A DNA stretch of 61,274 nucleotides from Chloroflexota bacterium. GTDB taxonomy: Bacteria; Chloroflexota; Dehalococcoidia; Lucifugimonadales; Australimonadaceae. The stretch is from NCBI GenBank assembly GCA_038109085.1, contig JAYNIL010000004.1, positions 1-61,274 on the forward strand, read 5' to 3'. This document shows positions 15,733 to 26,109 of this stretch, piece by piece. The position numbers and the translations under genes are program-made. The notes beneath the pieces are model-generated. The model had not been told where the DNA came from, did no database searches, and saw only the letters and a program-made list of their open reading frames with translations. How positions within the stretch are numbered: position 1 is the stretch's first letter; every line of letters starts with the position of its first letter.

Positions 15733-16748
15733 GCGGGGGCCTGGTGGACACCCTGGGTCGGCCAGTGCGTGACCTGCGCATCAGCGTGACCGACCGATGC
15801 AACCTGCGCTGCACCTACTGCATGCCCGCCGAGGTGTACGGGGAGCGCTTCCATTTCCTGCCGCGAGCCGAGGTGCTCTCCTTCAAGGAGACGGCGCGCC
15901 TGGCGCGCCTGTTCGTAGAGGCGGGCGCGGTGAAGCTGCGCATCACGGGCGGTGAGCCCCTAGTGCGGGCGGACGTGGACCGGCTGGTCGCCATGCTGGC
16001 GGCAATACCGGGCGTGGAGGACCTGACGCTCACCACCAACGGCCTGCTGCTGGCCCAGCGCGCCGAGCGCCTGGCGGCGGCGGGGCTGCGCAGGCTCACG
16101 GTGAGCCTGGACAGCCTGGACCCTGCGGTGTTCGGCCGTATGAACGGGCGTGGCGCATCGCCCCAGCAGGTTCTGGACGGCATCAGAGCCGCGCAGGCCG
16201 CCGGGCTGGGCCCGGTGAAGGTGAACGCCGTGGTGGAGCGCGGGGTGAACGAGCACACCGCCGTGGACATGGTGGAGCACTTCCGGGGCACGGGCGTGAG
16301 CGTGCGGTTCATCGAGTACATGGACGTGGGCACGCTGAACGCATGGGACCGCTCGCGTGTCGTCCCCTCCGCCGAACTGCTGACCGCCATCGACGCGCGC
16401 TGGCCGGTGGAAGCGGTGGAACCGGCCTACCGGGGCGAGGTGGCCGAGCGCTACCGGTTCACCGACGGGGCCGGCGAGGTGGGGTTCATCTCCTCAGTCA
16501 CGCAGCCCTTCTGTGCCGACTGCACCCGCGTGCGCCTCTCCCCCGACGGGAAGGTGTTCACCTGCCTGTTTGCCACGGACGGGACGGACCTGCGCGCCCC
16601 GCTGCGGGCGGGCGAAGACGATTCAGCGCTGGCCGCGCGCATCGCGGGCCTCTGGCGCGCGCGCGCCGACCGCTACTCGGAGTTGCGCGCGGACCTGGCG
16701 GGCGCGGGGCGGGAGCGACGCGTCGAGATGTACCGGATCGGCGGGTAG
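15729..16748 (+). CDS. moaA: GTP 3',8-cyclase (radical SAM)
   Basis: 339 aa. [18 protein letters not shown] radical-SAM motif and C-terminal [20 protein letters not shown]. The GTG start overlaps the rdgB stop (GTGA). Confidence 0.93.
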   Translation: MSGGLVDTLGRPVRDLRISVTDRCNLRCTYCMPAEVYGERFHFLPRAEVLSFKETARLARLFVEAGAVKLRITGGEPLVRADVDRLVAMLAAIPGVEDLTLTTNGLLLAQRAERLAAAGLRRLTVSLDSLDPAVFGRMNGRGASPQQVLDGIRAAQAAGLGPVKVNAVVERGVNEHTAVDMVEHFRGTGVSVRFIEYMDVGTLNAWDRSRVVPSAELLTAIDARWPVEAVEPAYRGEVAERYRFTDGAGEVGFISSVTQPFCADCTRVRLSPDGKVFTCLFATDGTDLRAPLRAGEDDSALAARIAGLWRARADRYSELRADLAGAGRERRVEMYRIGG

Positions 16749-16755
16749 GAGCACC

Positions 16756-17259
16756 ATGCCTGAATCGCTCAAAGAGGTGTTGCTCTACACCGACGGCGCC
16801 TGCTCCGGCAACCCCGGCCCCGGCGGCTACGGCACGGTGCTGCGCTACAACGGCACCCAGAAGGAGCTCTCCGGCGGGTTCCGGCGCACCACCAACAACC
16901 GCATGGAGCTACTGGCGGCTATCGCCGGGCTGGAGGCGCTGAAGGAGCCGTGCGCGGTGCACCTGCACTCGGACTCCCAGTACGTAGTCAACGCCATGGC
17001 CCAGGGGTGGGCGGAGCACTGGCGCGCCAACGGCTGGCGGCGCAACAAGAAGGAGCGCGCCGTGAACCCCGACCTGTGGGAGCGATTGCTCACGGCGGCC
17101 AAGCGCCACAGGGTCAGTTGGGTGTGGGTGCGTGGGCACAACGGTGACCCGCTGAACGAGCGCGCTGACCGCCTGGCGGTGGCCGCCGCAGCCGCGCCGG
17201 GCCTGCCCGCCGACAGCGTGTACGAGCAGACCGAGAGGATGGAGGGGGCCCGTGCCTGA
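16756..17259 (+). CDS. rnhA: ribonuclease HI
   Basis: 167 aa from ATG 16756. [39 protein letters not shown] and NERADRLA. Confidence 0.9.
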   Translation: MPESLKEVLLYTDGACSGNPGPGGYGTVLRYNGTQKELSGGFRRTTNNRMELLAAIAGLEALKEPCAVHLHSDSQYVVNAMAQGWAEHWRANGWRRNKKERAVNPDLWERLLTAAKRHRVSWVWVRGHNGDPLNERADRLAVAAAAAPGLPADSVYEQTERMEGARA

Positions 17260-17740
17260 GGAGCGCGATTCGCTGACGCACCTGGACGCCCAGGGACGCG
17301 CGCACATGGTGGACGTAGGCGACAAACCTGTCTCGACGCGCACCGCCACTGCCGAGGCCACCATCTCCATGCGCCCGGACACACTGGTGCGCATCCTGGA
17401 TGGCGCGATGCCCAAGGGCGATGTGTTCACCGTGGCGCGCCTGGCTGGCATCAATGCGGCCAAGCACACCTGGGAGCTCATCCCCCTGGCCCACCAGCTG
17501 CCCCTGGCGCAGGTGGCCTTGGACTTCACGCCGGACGCTGCTGCGGGGACGGTGCGCATCGAGGCCTCGGCCCGTACCAGCGCCCAGACGGGCGTGGAGA
17601 TGGAGGCGCTAACGGCGGCGAGCGTCGCGGCACTGACGGTGTACGACATGTGCAAGGCCGTTGACCGCGCCATGCGCGTGGACGGCCTGCGCCTACTGGC
17701 CAAGCACGGCGGCACGCACGGGGACTACGTCGCCGGGTAG
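17252..17740 (+). CDS. moaC: cyclic pyranopterin monophosphate synthase
   Basis: 162 aa. [42 protein letters not shown] and [20 protein letters not shown]. The GTG start overlaps the rnhA 3' end by 8 nt. Confidence 0.92.
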   Translation: MPEERDSLTHLDAQGRAHMVDVGDKPVSTRTATAEATISMRPDTLVRILDGAMPKGDVFTVARLAGINAAKHTWELIPLAHQLPLAQVALDFTPDAAAGTVRIEASARTSAQTGVEMEALTAASVAALTVYDMCKAVDRAMRVDGLRLLAKHGGTHGDYVAG

Positions 17741-17770
17741 CCGCCGCAATTCCCCGAACGGAGAAGCGTG

Positions 17771-18529
17771 ATGACAACGACCCCACAGAACCTATCAGCG
17801 GCATTCGAGGCCGTGTCCAACGAGCTGGTGCCCGTGTGGAAGGGCTTCGACGCCCTCACTCCCGAGCAGGCCGTCCACCACGTGGAGGCATCGCGTGATG
17901 CCTACCGGGCCCTGCTCCAGCCCCACGTCGCACCGGTGAGCCCGGCGGCGGACGATGCGCTGGAGGAGGCATTCGCCGCGGCGGCGCAGGCGTGCCGCGA
18001 TGGCGACTTCCAGGCGCTCAGGCGCCAGCGCCAGGTGGTCCTCAAGAGCTTCCTGCACGCCTGCTACGACGGGGTGATGACGGGGCTCGACGCGCGCGAG
18101 CCCACAGCCGCCGCGCCCTGGCTGGCGCACATCCGGCTTATAGGCAAGTGGGACGAGCGCCGCAACCCGGCGTTGGCCGCCGTGGAGGCGTTCCTGGCCA
18201 GCGGGGCCAAGGCGGACACAGTGAGCCAGGCGGTGCTGGTCTGGTTCGCTGGGCAGGTAAAGCACATGGCCGTGGAGGCCGCCGCATACGCCAAGAAGGC
18301 AGACCGCAACCAGGTGGTGCTGGAGGCGGTGGAGGCGCGGGTGTACCTGCGCCCAATCCGCCAGGCGCTGGCCGCCCAACTGGGCGAGTCGCAAACCGAG
18401 CACATCCATCAGGCCATCGAAGCGCTGGCCGCGGTGCCGGAGGGCTCCGGGCCCGAGACAATGGGCGCCGCGGCCCAGCGAGTCATCGACCTCATCCCCT
18501 TCGACCGGGGCGCGGCGTCGTCCCGCTAG
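17771..18529 (+). CDS. hypothetical protein (about 252 aa, predicted helical)
   Basis: ORF with non-shadow composition. GGAGAAG SD before ATG 17771 (GTG 17768 is also possible). No recognised motif. Confidence 0.6.
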   Translation: MTTTPQNLSAAFEAVSNELVPVWKGFDALTPEQAVHHVEASRDAYRALLQPHVAPVSPAADDALEEAFAAAAQACRDGDFQALRRQRQVVLKSFLHACYDGVMTGLDAREPTAAAPWLAHIRLIGKWDERRNPALAAVEAFLASGAKADTVSQAVLVWFAGQVKHMAVEAAAYAKKADRNQVVLEAVEARVYLRPIRQALAAQLGESQTEHIHQAIEALAAVPEGSGPETMGAAAQRVIDLIPFDRGAASSR

Positions 18530-18577
18530 GAGGCGCCTCATACGCCAGCAACGGGTAGGCGCCCGGGGGTGCGTCTG

Positions 18578-18583
18578 TATAAT
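18578..18583 (+). promoter_or_regulatory. -10 box TATAAT, leaderless-type, for pcrA
   Basis: A perfect TATAAT ends 8 nt before ATG 18592. No SD. Confidence 0.45.
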
Positions 18584-18591
18584 CGGCGCGT

Positions 18592-20823
18592 ATGACCCAA
18601 GCCCACGAACCACTCCTGGACGGCCTGAACCCCCAACAACGCGAGGCCGTCCTGCACGTGGACGGCCCTCTGCTCATTGTGGCCGGGCCCGGCTCGGGGA
18701 AGACGCGGGTCATCACCCACCGCATCGCCTACCTGGTGCAGCGGGTGGGGGTGGGGCCGGGGCGCATCGGCGCGGTGACGTTCACCAACCGGGCGGCGCG
18801 GGAGATGCGCACGCGCCTGGAGGGGCTCCTGGGCTCGCGCGCGGGCGCGCTCGCGGCGGGCACATTCCACTCGCTGTGCGTGCGCATACTGCGGGCGGAC
18901 GGCGAGCACATCGGCCTGCAGCGCGATTTCGTCATCATGGACGACGATGACCAGCAGGGACTGGTGAAGCGCGCCATGGAGCTGGCGGAGGTTGACCCCA
19001 AGCGCTACCCGCACCGGCAGATCCTCAACGCCATCTCGGCGGCTAAGTCCCAATTGCTGGGGCCGGAGGCCCTGGGCGGGAGCAACGCCTACTACGACGA
19101 GGTGGTGCGCCGAGTGTTCGTGCAGTACCAGGGGCTGCTGGCGCGCTCCCACGCGGTGGACTTCGACGACCTGCTCACCAAGGTGGCCGAGCTGTTCCGG
19201 GAAGCGCCGGAGGTGCTGCGGCGCTACCAGGAGCGGTTCATCCACCTGATGGTGGACGAGTTCCAGGACACCAACGTGGTGCAGTACCACCTGGCGCGCG
19301 AGCTGGCGGGCAAGTACCGCAACCTGGCGGTGGTGGGCGACCCGGACCAATCAATCTACTCATGGCGCAACGCGGACATCCGCAACATCCTCTCCTTTCA
19401 GAAGGACTACCCGGACGCGAAGACCGTCCACCTGGGGCAGAACTACCGCTCCTCGGCCAACATCCTGGAGGCGGCTCGCGGGGTCATCGCGGCCAACCGC
19501 AAGCGCCTGGACCAAAACCTGTTCACCGAGAACGCGCGGGGCGAACCCATCGCCGTTGCCGAGGCCTACACGGAGGAGGAGGAAGCCCAGGCGGTGCTGG
19601 AAGAGGTGGAACGCCTCACCAAGGAGGAGGGATACAGCCTTTCCGACTGCGTGGTGACGTTCCGGGTCAACGCCCAGTCCCGCGCGCTGGAGGAGTCGTG
19701 CCTGCGCCACGGGGTGCCCTACCGGCTCATCGGCGGGGTGCGCTTCTACCAACGGCGCGAGGTGAAGGACGCCCTGGCCTACCTGCGGCTGGTGCAGGAC
19801 CCGTACGACGAGGCCTCGCTGGTGCGGGTGATCAACACCCCCACGCGCGGCATCGGCAAGCGTACGGTGGATGACCTGCTGGCGTGGGCCCACCGCCAGT
19901 CGCTCCCTGCCTACGCGGCGCTCCAGTTGCTGGCGGGCGATGAGGAGACGGGCACCCCGCCCGCAGACAGCCCCTTCGACGCGCGCCAGCGCAGGGGGCT
20001 GGTGGAGTTCCTGGGGCTGCTCAACGGCCTGCAGGAGACAGCGGGGCAGGTTGAGCTGGCCGAGCTGGTGGACGAGGTGCTGGAGCGCACGGGCTATAGG
20101 GCCATGCTGCTCAACTCCGAGGAGCCCGACGCAGAGGACCGCCTGGATAACCTGCGCGAGCTGCGTGGGGTGGCGGCCGACCAGGCCGGGGCCCCTGCCA
20201 TCGAGACGCTGCCCGTGTTCCTGGAGAACACGGCGCTGGTGCAGGAGCAGGACAACCTGGACGCCGACGGACCCCAGTACCTCACGCTCATCACGCTGCA
20301 CCAAATCAAGGGGCTGGAGTACCCGGTGGTGTTCATGACGGGCGTGGAGGAGGGGGTGCTGCCCCACATGCGCTCGCTGGACGACCCCGACCAGCTGGAA
20401 GAAGAGCGGCGCATCGCCTACGTGGGCATGACCCGCGCTAAGGAGCGCCTCTACCTCTTCCGCTCGTTCCGTCGCCGCCTGGCCGGGAACACCAGCGCCA
20501 CGGTGCCTTCCCGCTTCCTGCGTGACGTGCCCCCCACCCTGCTCAAGCCCATGGGCCGCCTGGGCACCAGCGCCCCGCCCCCCGTGCCCGCGGGCCGGAG
20601 CGTCACCGGGGTGACCGGCCGCCCCACGGCAGCCAGCGCACCCTCGGATGGGCCGAGCCCCTTCGGCACGGGCGAGAAGGTGCGCCACGCCTCCTTCGGC
20701 GAGGGCATCGTGGTGAGCTGTACCCCCAAGGGGGGCGACTTCGAGGTGACCGTCGCCTTCAAGGGCGCCTCAGGCATCAAGCGCCTCCTGGCCTCCTTCG
20801 CCAAGCTGGAGCGCACGGCATGA
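18592..20823 (+). CDS. pcrA: ATP-dependent DNA helicase PcrA/UvrD
   Basis: 743 aa. LNPQQREAV, GPGSGKTRVITHRIAYL, DEFQDTN, VGDPDQSIYSWRNA, and a typical C-terminal GEKVRHASFGEGIV domain. Confidence 0.93.
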   Translation: MTQAHEPLLDGLNPQQREAVLHVDGPLLIVAGPGSGKTRVITHRIAYLVQRVGVGPGRIGAVTFTNRAAREMRTRLEGLLGSRAGALAAGTFHSLCVRILRADGEHIGLQRDFVIMDDDDQQGLVKRAMELAEVDPKRYPHRQILNAISAAKSQLLGPEALGGSNAYYDEVVRRVFVQYQGLLARSHAVDFDDLLTKVAELFREAPEVLRRYQERFIHLMVDEFQDTNVVQYHLARELAGKYRNLAVVGDPDQSIYSWRNADIRNILSFQKDYPDAKTVHLGQNYRSSANILEAARGVIAANRKRLDQNLFTENARGEPIAVAEAYTEEEEAQAVLEEVERLTKEEGYSLSDCVVTFRVNAQSRALEESCLRHGVPYRLIGGVRFYQRREVKDALAYLRLVQDPYDEASLVRVINTPTRGIGKRTVDDLLAWAHRQSLPAYAALQLLAGDEETGTPPADSPFDARQRRGLVEFLGLLNGLQETAGQVELAELVDEVLERTGYRAMLLNSEEPDAEDRLDNLRELRGVAADQAGAPAIETLPVFLENTALVQEQDNLDADGPQYLTLITLHQIKGLEYPVVFMTGVEEGVLPHMRSLDDPDQLEEERRIAYVGMTRAKERLYLFRSFRRRLAGNTSATVPSRFLRDVPPTLLKPMGRLGTSAPPPVPAGRSVTGVTGRPTAASAPSDGPSPFGTGEKVRHASFGEGIVVSCTPKGGDFEVTVAFKGASGIKRLLASFAKLERTA

Positions 20824-21563
20824 GCACCCCCACCGCCAGCGTGAACGGGGAGCGCAACCTTGGGCTGAGCATCGTGCTGCCTGCCTACAACGAGGAAGCG
20901 CGCATCCGCCCCACGCTGGAGGGGTACGCGAGCCACTTCGCGCACCTCTACCGCGATGGGTTCGAGGTGCTAGTGGTGCTGAACGGCTGCACCGACGACA
21001 CCCGCGCGGTGGTGGACGCGGTGGCCAGGGCCCATCCCCAGGTGCGCGCAGTCGAGTTCCCCCAGCCCCTGGGCAAAGGCGGAGCCATCTGGGAGGGCAT
21101 GGCGCTGGCGCGCGCAGCACGCCTGCTCTACGCCGACGCCGACAACATGGTGGAGGCACCGGAGGCGGCGCTGCTGGTGCGGGCGCTGGATTCGCACGAC
21201 GTGGCCATCGCCAACCGTTTCGCCCGCGGTGGCGGCGCCGGCGGGCAGCCGCCACTGCGCCGCGCGGTTAGCGTGCTCTCCCGGCTGTGGGTGCGGACCT
21301 TCCTGGGCCTGCCCTACGCCGACACCCAGTGTGGGGCGAAGGCGTTCCGGGCGCCCTCCTGGCGCACGCTTGCCCCCAACGTGCACGAGCACGGCTGGGC
21401 TTTCGACCTGGAGGTGCTGACCCAGGCTCGGCGCGCGGGGCTGCGGGTGGCCGAGGTGCCGGTGCGCTGGCGTCACATCGCCGCCGGTTCCAAGGTGCGT
21501 CCCTGGCGCGATGTGCCGGCCACGCTATGGGCCACGCTACGCATCAAGCGCCGCGCCCGCTAG
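20820..21563 (+). CDS. family 2 glycosyltransferase (polyprenyl-phosphate sugar synthase-like)
   Basis: 247 aa. LSIVLPAYNEE, VLVVLNGCTDDT and ADADN (DxD). ATGA overlap with the pcrA stop. Confidence 0.82.
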   Translation: MSTPTASVNGERNLGLSIVLPAYNEEARIRPTLEGYASHFAHLYRDGFEVLVVLNGCTDDTRAVVDAVARAHPQVRAVEFPQPLGKGGAIWEGMALARAARLLYADADNMVEAPEAALLVRALDSHDVAIANRFARGGGAGGQPPLRRAVSVLSRLWVRTFLGLPYADTQCGAKAFRAPSWRTLAPNVHEHGWAFDLEVLTQARRAGLRVAEVPVRWRHIAAGSKVRPWRDVPATLWATLRIKRRAR

Positions 21564-22795
21564 GTGCGGGTCAGCGTCTCCTTGGCCAGGAACCACAGCA
21601 GCAGCCCGCCCAGGGCGATGAAAGGCCCGTACACCAGGAAGGGCACCCCCGGCCCGTAGGCATCGATGAGCACTCCCCCCAGCAATGGTGCGCCCACGCC
21701 GCCCACCTCTGCCGTGGTGCGCCGGAACGCCTGTAGGCGACCACGCACCGCCTGGGGCAGGATGTCGTAGGTGGAGGCGGCGAGCGAGCCCAGCGAGAGG
21801 CCGTTGGCGATGCCCATGAAGCCCACCAGCACCGCCAGCTGCACATAGGTATCCGTGAAGGGCACCAGCAGGAAGGCCAGCCCGGGCAGCAGGGTGGAGG
21901 GCACGGTGGCCCACTTGCGGCCCGCCTTGTCCAGCACGAACCCGGCGGGCAGGATCATGGCGAAGACCAGCACGCCGGAGATGGAAAAGAGGCCGCCCAC
22001 CTGCGTCGCGGTCAGGTCCAGCGTGGCCCCGGCGTACAGGGGCATCACCGATTGGAGGGTGATGCGGAAGACGAACCCGGCCACGGTGGCGTACACCAGC
22101 ATCCAGTAGGTGAGGCGCAGCCCCGGCGGTACCTGGGCGAACAGGGCGCGAAGCGCGGCCAGGCGCCCGTCCCCCCTACGCGCGGCGGGGGGGGCGTCCG
22201 TGGCGGGCGCGCTGTGGTGGGCGCGCGCGTCGTGGGCCGCCAGGCCCAGCGCCACGGCGGCGCCAGTGACGATGGCGAAAGCGATGAACACGGCGCGGAG
22301 CCCTAGGGTGTCCGCCAGCAGCCCACCGGCCAGAGGGCCCAGCGCAAGGCCCCCGGAGTGGGTGCCGTGGAAGGCAGCCAGGGCCCGACCGCGCTGACCG
22401 GGCTGCACCAGGTCTATCCCCGCCACCTCACGCCCCAGCGCCCAAAGCGAATCGCCCACGCCCACCACCAGCATGGCCGCCAGCACTGGGGCGAACCATG
22501 GCGTGGCCGCCGCGCCCAGCGCCCCCAGCGCCATCAGCGCGGGGCCACCCACCAGCAGCTTGCGGGTGCCGAAGCGGTCGATGAAGAGACCGGCGCCAGG
22601 GATGCCCAGGAACTTACCCAGCGCATAGGCGGTGACGATCTGCGCTGCGGTGCCCTCCGAAACCTCATACACCTTGGACACTAATACCAGGGTGGGCACC
22701 ACCATGGCCCAGCCCACGCCGGATGCGAGGGTGCCCACGTACAGATTGGCAAGGCCCCGCGCGGTGGGGGTGGTGAGTCGGCGCATGGTCGGCAT
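21560..22795 (-). CDS. MFS transporter
   Basis: 411 aa polytopic protein with a typical MFS loop (GLFIDRFGTRKLL). Confidence 0.8.
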   Translation of the reverse strand: MPTMRRLTTPTARGLANLYVGTLASGVGWAMVVPTLVLVSKVYEVSEGTAAQIVTAYALGKFLGIPGAGLFIDRFGTRKLLVGGPALMALGALGAAATPWFAPVLAAMLVVGVGDSLWALGREVAGIDLVQPGQRGRALAAFHGTHSGGLALGPLAGGLLADTLGLRAVFIAFAIVTGAAVALGLAAHDARAHHSAPATDAPPAARRGDGRLAALRALFAQVPPGLRLTYWMLVYATVAGFVFRITLQSVMPLYAGATLDLTATQVGGLFSISGVLVFAMILPAGFVLDKAGRKWATVPSTLLPGLAFLLVPFTDTYVQLAVLVGFMGIANGLSLGSLAASTYDILPQAVRGRLQAFRRTTAEVGGVGAPLLGGVLIDAYGPGVPFLVYGPFIALGGLLLWFLAKETLTRT

Positions 22796-22819
22796 GCTAC
22801 ACCCGCCGGGCTGGGGTGG

Positions 22820-23560
22820 TTAGCGGGCACGCCGGGCGCGCAGACGCCAGGGGACGAGGCGCAGGCATAGAAGCGTGAAGGTGAGTGCCTCACGTGCCGT
22901 GGCCTTGGACAGGCCCGCCTGGCGCTCTTGGAAGACGATGGGCCATTCACACACGCGCAGGCCGCGCCGGGTGGCCAGCAGCTCCACCAGCCACTTGAAC
23001 CCGCCCGCCGAGTGGTGGGTGGGCATCCCCGCCAGCGCCTCGCGGGTGCAGAGCGCGTAACCGGTGAGCACGTCTCGGGTGCGCAGGCCCAGCAGCATGC
23101 GCGCGCCCTGGTTCATCACCCGGCTGATGACGCGCCTGGTCAGCGGTTGGTGCAGGAACGCCGAGCCTGGCACGTAGCGCGAGCCCACCACCACGTCGAA
23201 CCCCTCCTGGGCGCAGGCCAGCATAGAGGGGAGCTCCTCCGGATCGTGGGAGAGGTCGGCGTCCATAACGGCGACGTAGCGCCCCCGCGCCTGGGTCGCG
23301 CCCGCGAAGACCGCGCCGGACAGTCCGCTCTTGAGCTCGCGCCGCACCAGCCGCACCCGTGGGTCGACGGCCTCCAGCGCCTCCACCACGCCGGCGGTGC
23401 CGTCAGGCGAGGCGTCGTCCACAACCAGCACCTCGGCGTGCGTCTCCCCCAGGGCAGCCAGCACACGCGGGGCCAGCATGGCGATGTTCTCGGCCTCGTT
23501 GTAGGTGGGGATCACCACCGAGACCAGGGGTTCAGGTGCGGCGGATGCGGGGTTGGTCAT
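22820..23560 (-). CDS. polyprenol-phosphate mannose synthase-like GT2 (Ppm1/Dpm1-like)
   Basis: 246 aa. VSVVIPTYNEAENI, VLVVDDASPDGT and VAVMDADLSHDPEELP. Confidence 0.82.
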   Translation of the reverse strand: MTNPASAAPEPLVSVVIPTYNEAENIAMLAPRVLAALGETHAEVLVVDDASPDGTAGVVEALEAVDPRVRLVRRELKSGLSGAVFAGATQARGRYVAVMDADLSHDPEELPSMLACAQEGFDVVVGSRYVPGSAFLHQPLTRRVISRVMNQGARMLLGLRTRDVLTGYALCTREALAGMPTHHSAGGFKWLVELLATRRGLRVCEWPIVFQERQAGLSKATAREALTFTLLCLRLVPWRLRARRAR

Positions 23561-23793
23561 GGCGCGCTAGGTCGCGGTGGGCTGCTCCGCCGCACCATGG
23601 CGCTTCAGGCGGCGCAGCACGCGGGTGAGCGGGCCCGAGTACCAATCGAAGGACTGGGCCACCAGACGACGCTGCACACCCAGCACCCGCAGGAGGCGGT
23701 ACAGTTGCTCCACCACCCCAAGGGAGTGGGTGAGTGGAGTATAGCACGCTGAGTGGACACCCCAGCAGCTTTACGGCGCCGCTCCGGCCCCCC

Positions 23794-23799
23794 TAGACT
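23794..23799 (+). promoter_or_regulatory. -10 box TAGACT, leaderless-type
   Basis: The hexamer ends 7 nt before ATG 23807. No SD. Confidence 0.35.
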
Positions 23800-23806
23800 G
23801 GCCGCC

Positions 23807-24532
23807 ATGACGCAGGACGCAGGCATCCGCACCGCTTTGGTGCTGGCAGGGGGCAAGGGCGAGCGGCTGCGTCCGCTCACGGACAATCTCCCCAAGCCCA
23901 TGGTGGCCGTGGCGGGCGCACCCATCATTGAGCACCACCTGCGCTGGCTGCGGGCCAGCGGCGTGGAGCGGGCCATCCTGCTCACCGGCTACCTACACCA
24001 GGTGGTGGCCGACTACTTCGCCACGCCACGGGTGGAGGGGCTCACGGTGGAGTGCGTGGCCGAGGCCCAGCCCCTGGGACGAGGCGGGGCGTTCCGCAAC
24101 GGCTTCGAGCAGGCCAGGGTCTCGGACGAGCTGGTCATCGGCACCAACGGGGACGTGCTGGCCGCACAGCCGCTGGCTGAGATGACCGCACTGCACCGGG
24201 GTTCCGGCGCGCTGGCCACGCTACTGCTGACGCAGATGGTGAGCCCCTTCGGCATCGTGGACGTTGACAAGGCGGGCATGGTGCGCGCGTTCACCGAAAA
24301 GCCTCCCCTGCCATACTGGATCAACGGGGGAGCATACGTCCTCTCCCGCGAGCTGTTCGCGCGCTTCCCCCGCCAGGGCGACCACGAGACAGCGCTCTTC
24401 CCCCAGCTGGCGCAGGAGGGGCGCATCGCTGGGGTGCGCTCGAGTGCCTTCTGGAAGTCGGTGGAGTCGGCCAAGGACCTACGCGAGGCCGCTCAATACC
24501 TGGAGGCCCACGGCGGACGCCTGGCCGCCTAG
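23807..24532 (+). CDS. sugar-1-phosphate nucleotidyltransferase (mannose-1-P guanylyltransferase-like)
   Basis: [23 protein letters not shown] signature. I chose the start at MTQDAG (ATG 23807). Confidence 0.82.
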   Translation: MTQDAGIRTALVLAGGKGERLRPLTDNLPKPMVAVAGAPIIEHHLRWLRASGVERAILLTGYLHQVVADYFATPRVEGLTVECVAEAQPLGRGGAFRNGFEQARVSDELVIGTNGDVLAAQPLAEMTALHRGSGALATLLLTQMVSPFGIVDVDKAGMVRAFTEKPPLPYWINGGAYVLSRELFARFPRQGDHETALFPQLAQEGRIAGVRSSAFWKSVESAKDLREAAQYLEAHGGRLAA

Positions 24533-24595
24533 GCCGCCAGGGCCACGCCTGTGCTACAATTACTGGACGACCCCACCCGGGGTCGCTGTGTGTGA

Positions 24596-24672
<77 letters not shown>

Positions 24673-24719
24673 TTCGCCGGATAACCAACGGGCCGCTCAT
24701 CCGAGCGTGCCGTTCCCGT

Positions 24720-26105
24720 TTATTCCGGAGCCCTGTCCACCCGCCATCCCCAGGCCAGCGAGGCCAGGAGCGCGCATCCCCATGCGAGGGTGAGCAGTCC
24801 GGTCTCCCAGCCCCAGGCCCGGTAATCAGGGAAGAGGAACGCCAGCGCCCGGAAGAGCGCGAAGCCGAGGGCGAAGGGATCCACGGCGATGACCACCTCA
24901 CGCGCGTGCCCGGCCCACGCCAGCGCCGCGGTGACGGCACACGAATAGGCGGCGAGCACACCGCTGACCCAGCGCACCCCGTGTCCGCCGCGCGTCAGCA
25001 CCAGCGCCAGGGGAACGGCCAGGAGGGGCACCACGGTCATGAGGGTGCGCCCGGGGAACCACCAGCCCATCATGGTGATGGCGACGAAGACGGCGATGGC
25101 CACCTGCGCGCCCACCAACCCTGCCAGCAGCCGGGGAGCGCCGCCCCGGCGGGCCAGCATCCCCAGCCCCGCCACGGCCACCAGCACCACGGGCGACCAG
25201 CGCGCCAGGCCGAAGCGCTCGTCAGCCAGCAGGCCCACTAGCCGGTAGGCGCGGCCCAGGAACGCCAGGTGTTGGCCCAGCACGCTGGCGGTGTCCTGCC
25301 CCGCATACACGATGCCCACGCTGTAGGGGGTTAGGGCGCCGAAGGTGTGCAGGTGCCACCAGCCATACACGCCCGCACTCAGGGCCCCTGCCCCGGCCAG
25401 GGCCCCGCGCCCCTGCCCACCGGCGCGCCAGAGTGCCCAAGCACCGGTCAGCCCGGCCAGTGGCGCGTACTTGATGCCCAGCCACATGAGCGCCGTGAGC
25501 ACGGCGGCCACACCCAGCGCACGCAGAAGTCCCGGCCGCGAACCCATCCCCAGATGCAACGCGCCCAGCAACGCCAGGGCGGCGGGCAGCTCGGGATAGA
25601 CCTCGGTGGCATAGACGAAGGGGCTGGCGCTCAGGCCCACGGCCAGGGCCGCCGCCGCGCTCCACCACATACCGGCGCCCAGCCGCACGGCCAGGGCCCA
25701 GGCCATGGTGAAGATGAGCGCCGCCAGCACCAGCGATTGGGCCTGAACGCCCACGAGGCCAGCCAGGGCGAAGCCGGGCAGCAGCAGGATGGACAGGCCG
25801 GGGTCGTGGGGGCTCAGGAGGGTGCCGTCGGCCAACGGGACGCTCTGACGCCAGAGACCGACAGGGTGGTCGAAGAACGCCTCGTAGCTGCGCTCCGCCT
25901 CCTGGTTGCGCAGGTCCAGGTCACCGTCCTGCAGGAGCGATTGGGTGGTGAGCAGATAGAAGGGCTCATCACCGGTGATAGCCGCTCCCCGGCTGGCACG
26001 GATGTCCACCGAGGCTGTATAGGCCACCGTTAGGACGGCGAAGACGACGGCCCCCGTGAGCGCCAGGCGGCGGGCACGGGAGCTGATGGAGAGGGGCGAG
26101 CGCAT
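24720..26105 (-). CDS. GT-C fold membrane glycosyltransferase (PMT/ArnT-like)
   Basis: 461 aa from ATG 26105, 4 nt after the upstream stop. Polytopic, with a first-loop motif ITGDEPFYLL (DExxY type). Confidence 0.65.
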   Translation of the reverse strand: MRSPLSISSRARRLALTGAVVFAVLTVAYTASVDIRASRGAAITGDEPFYLLTTQSLLQDGDLDLRNQEAERSYEAFFDHPVGLWRQSVPLADGTLLSPHDPGLSILLLPGFALAGLVGVQAQSLVLAALIFTMAWALAVRLGAGMWWSAAAALAVGLSASPFVYATEVYPELPAALALLGALHLGMGSRPGLLRALGVAAVLTALMWLGIKYAPLAGLTGAWALWRAGGQGRGALAGAGALSAGVYGWWHLHTFGALTPYSVGIVYAGQDTASVLGQHLAFLGRAYRLVGLLADERFGLARWSPVVLVAVAGLGMLARRGGAPRLLAGLVGAQVAIAVFVAITMMGWWFPGRTLMTVVPLLAVPLALVLTRGGHGVRWVSGVLAAYSCAVTAALAWAGHAREVVIAVDPFALGFALFRALAFLFPDYRAWGWETGLLTLAWGCALLASLAWGWRVDRAPE

Positions 26106-26109
26106 GGAC

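Noticed and set aside
23567-23716. Possible 49-aa ORF (GTG start, VVEQLYRLLRVLGVQRRLVAQSFDWYSGPLTRVLRRLKRHGAAEQPTAT) just upstream of the Ppm1-like gene.
   Set aside because: The frame is GC3-rich, but there is no ATG, no SD and no recognisable family. It could be a gene remnant or chance. It is worth a tBLASTn check, but there is not enough evidence to call it.
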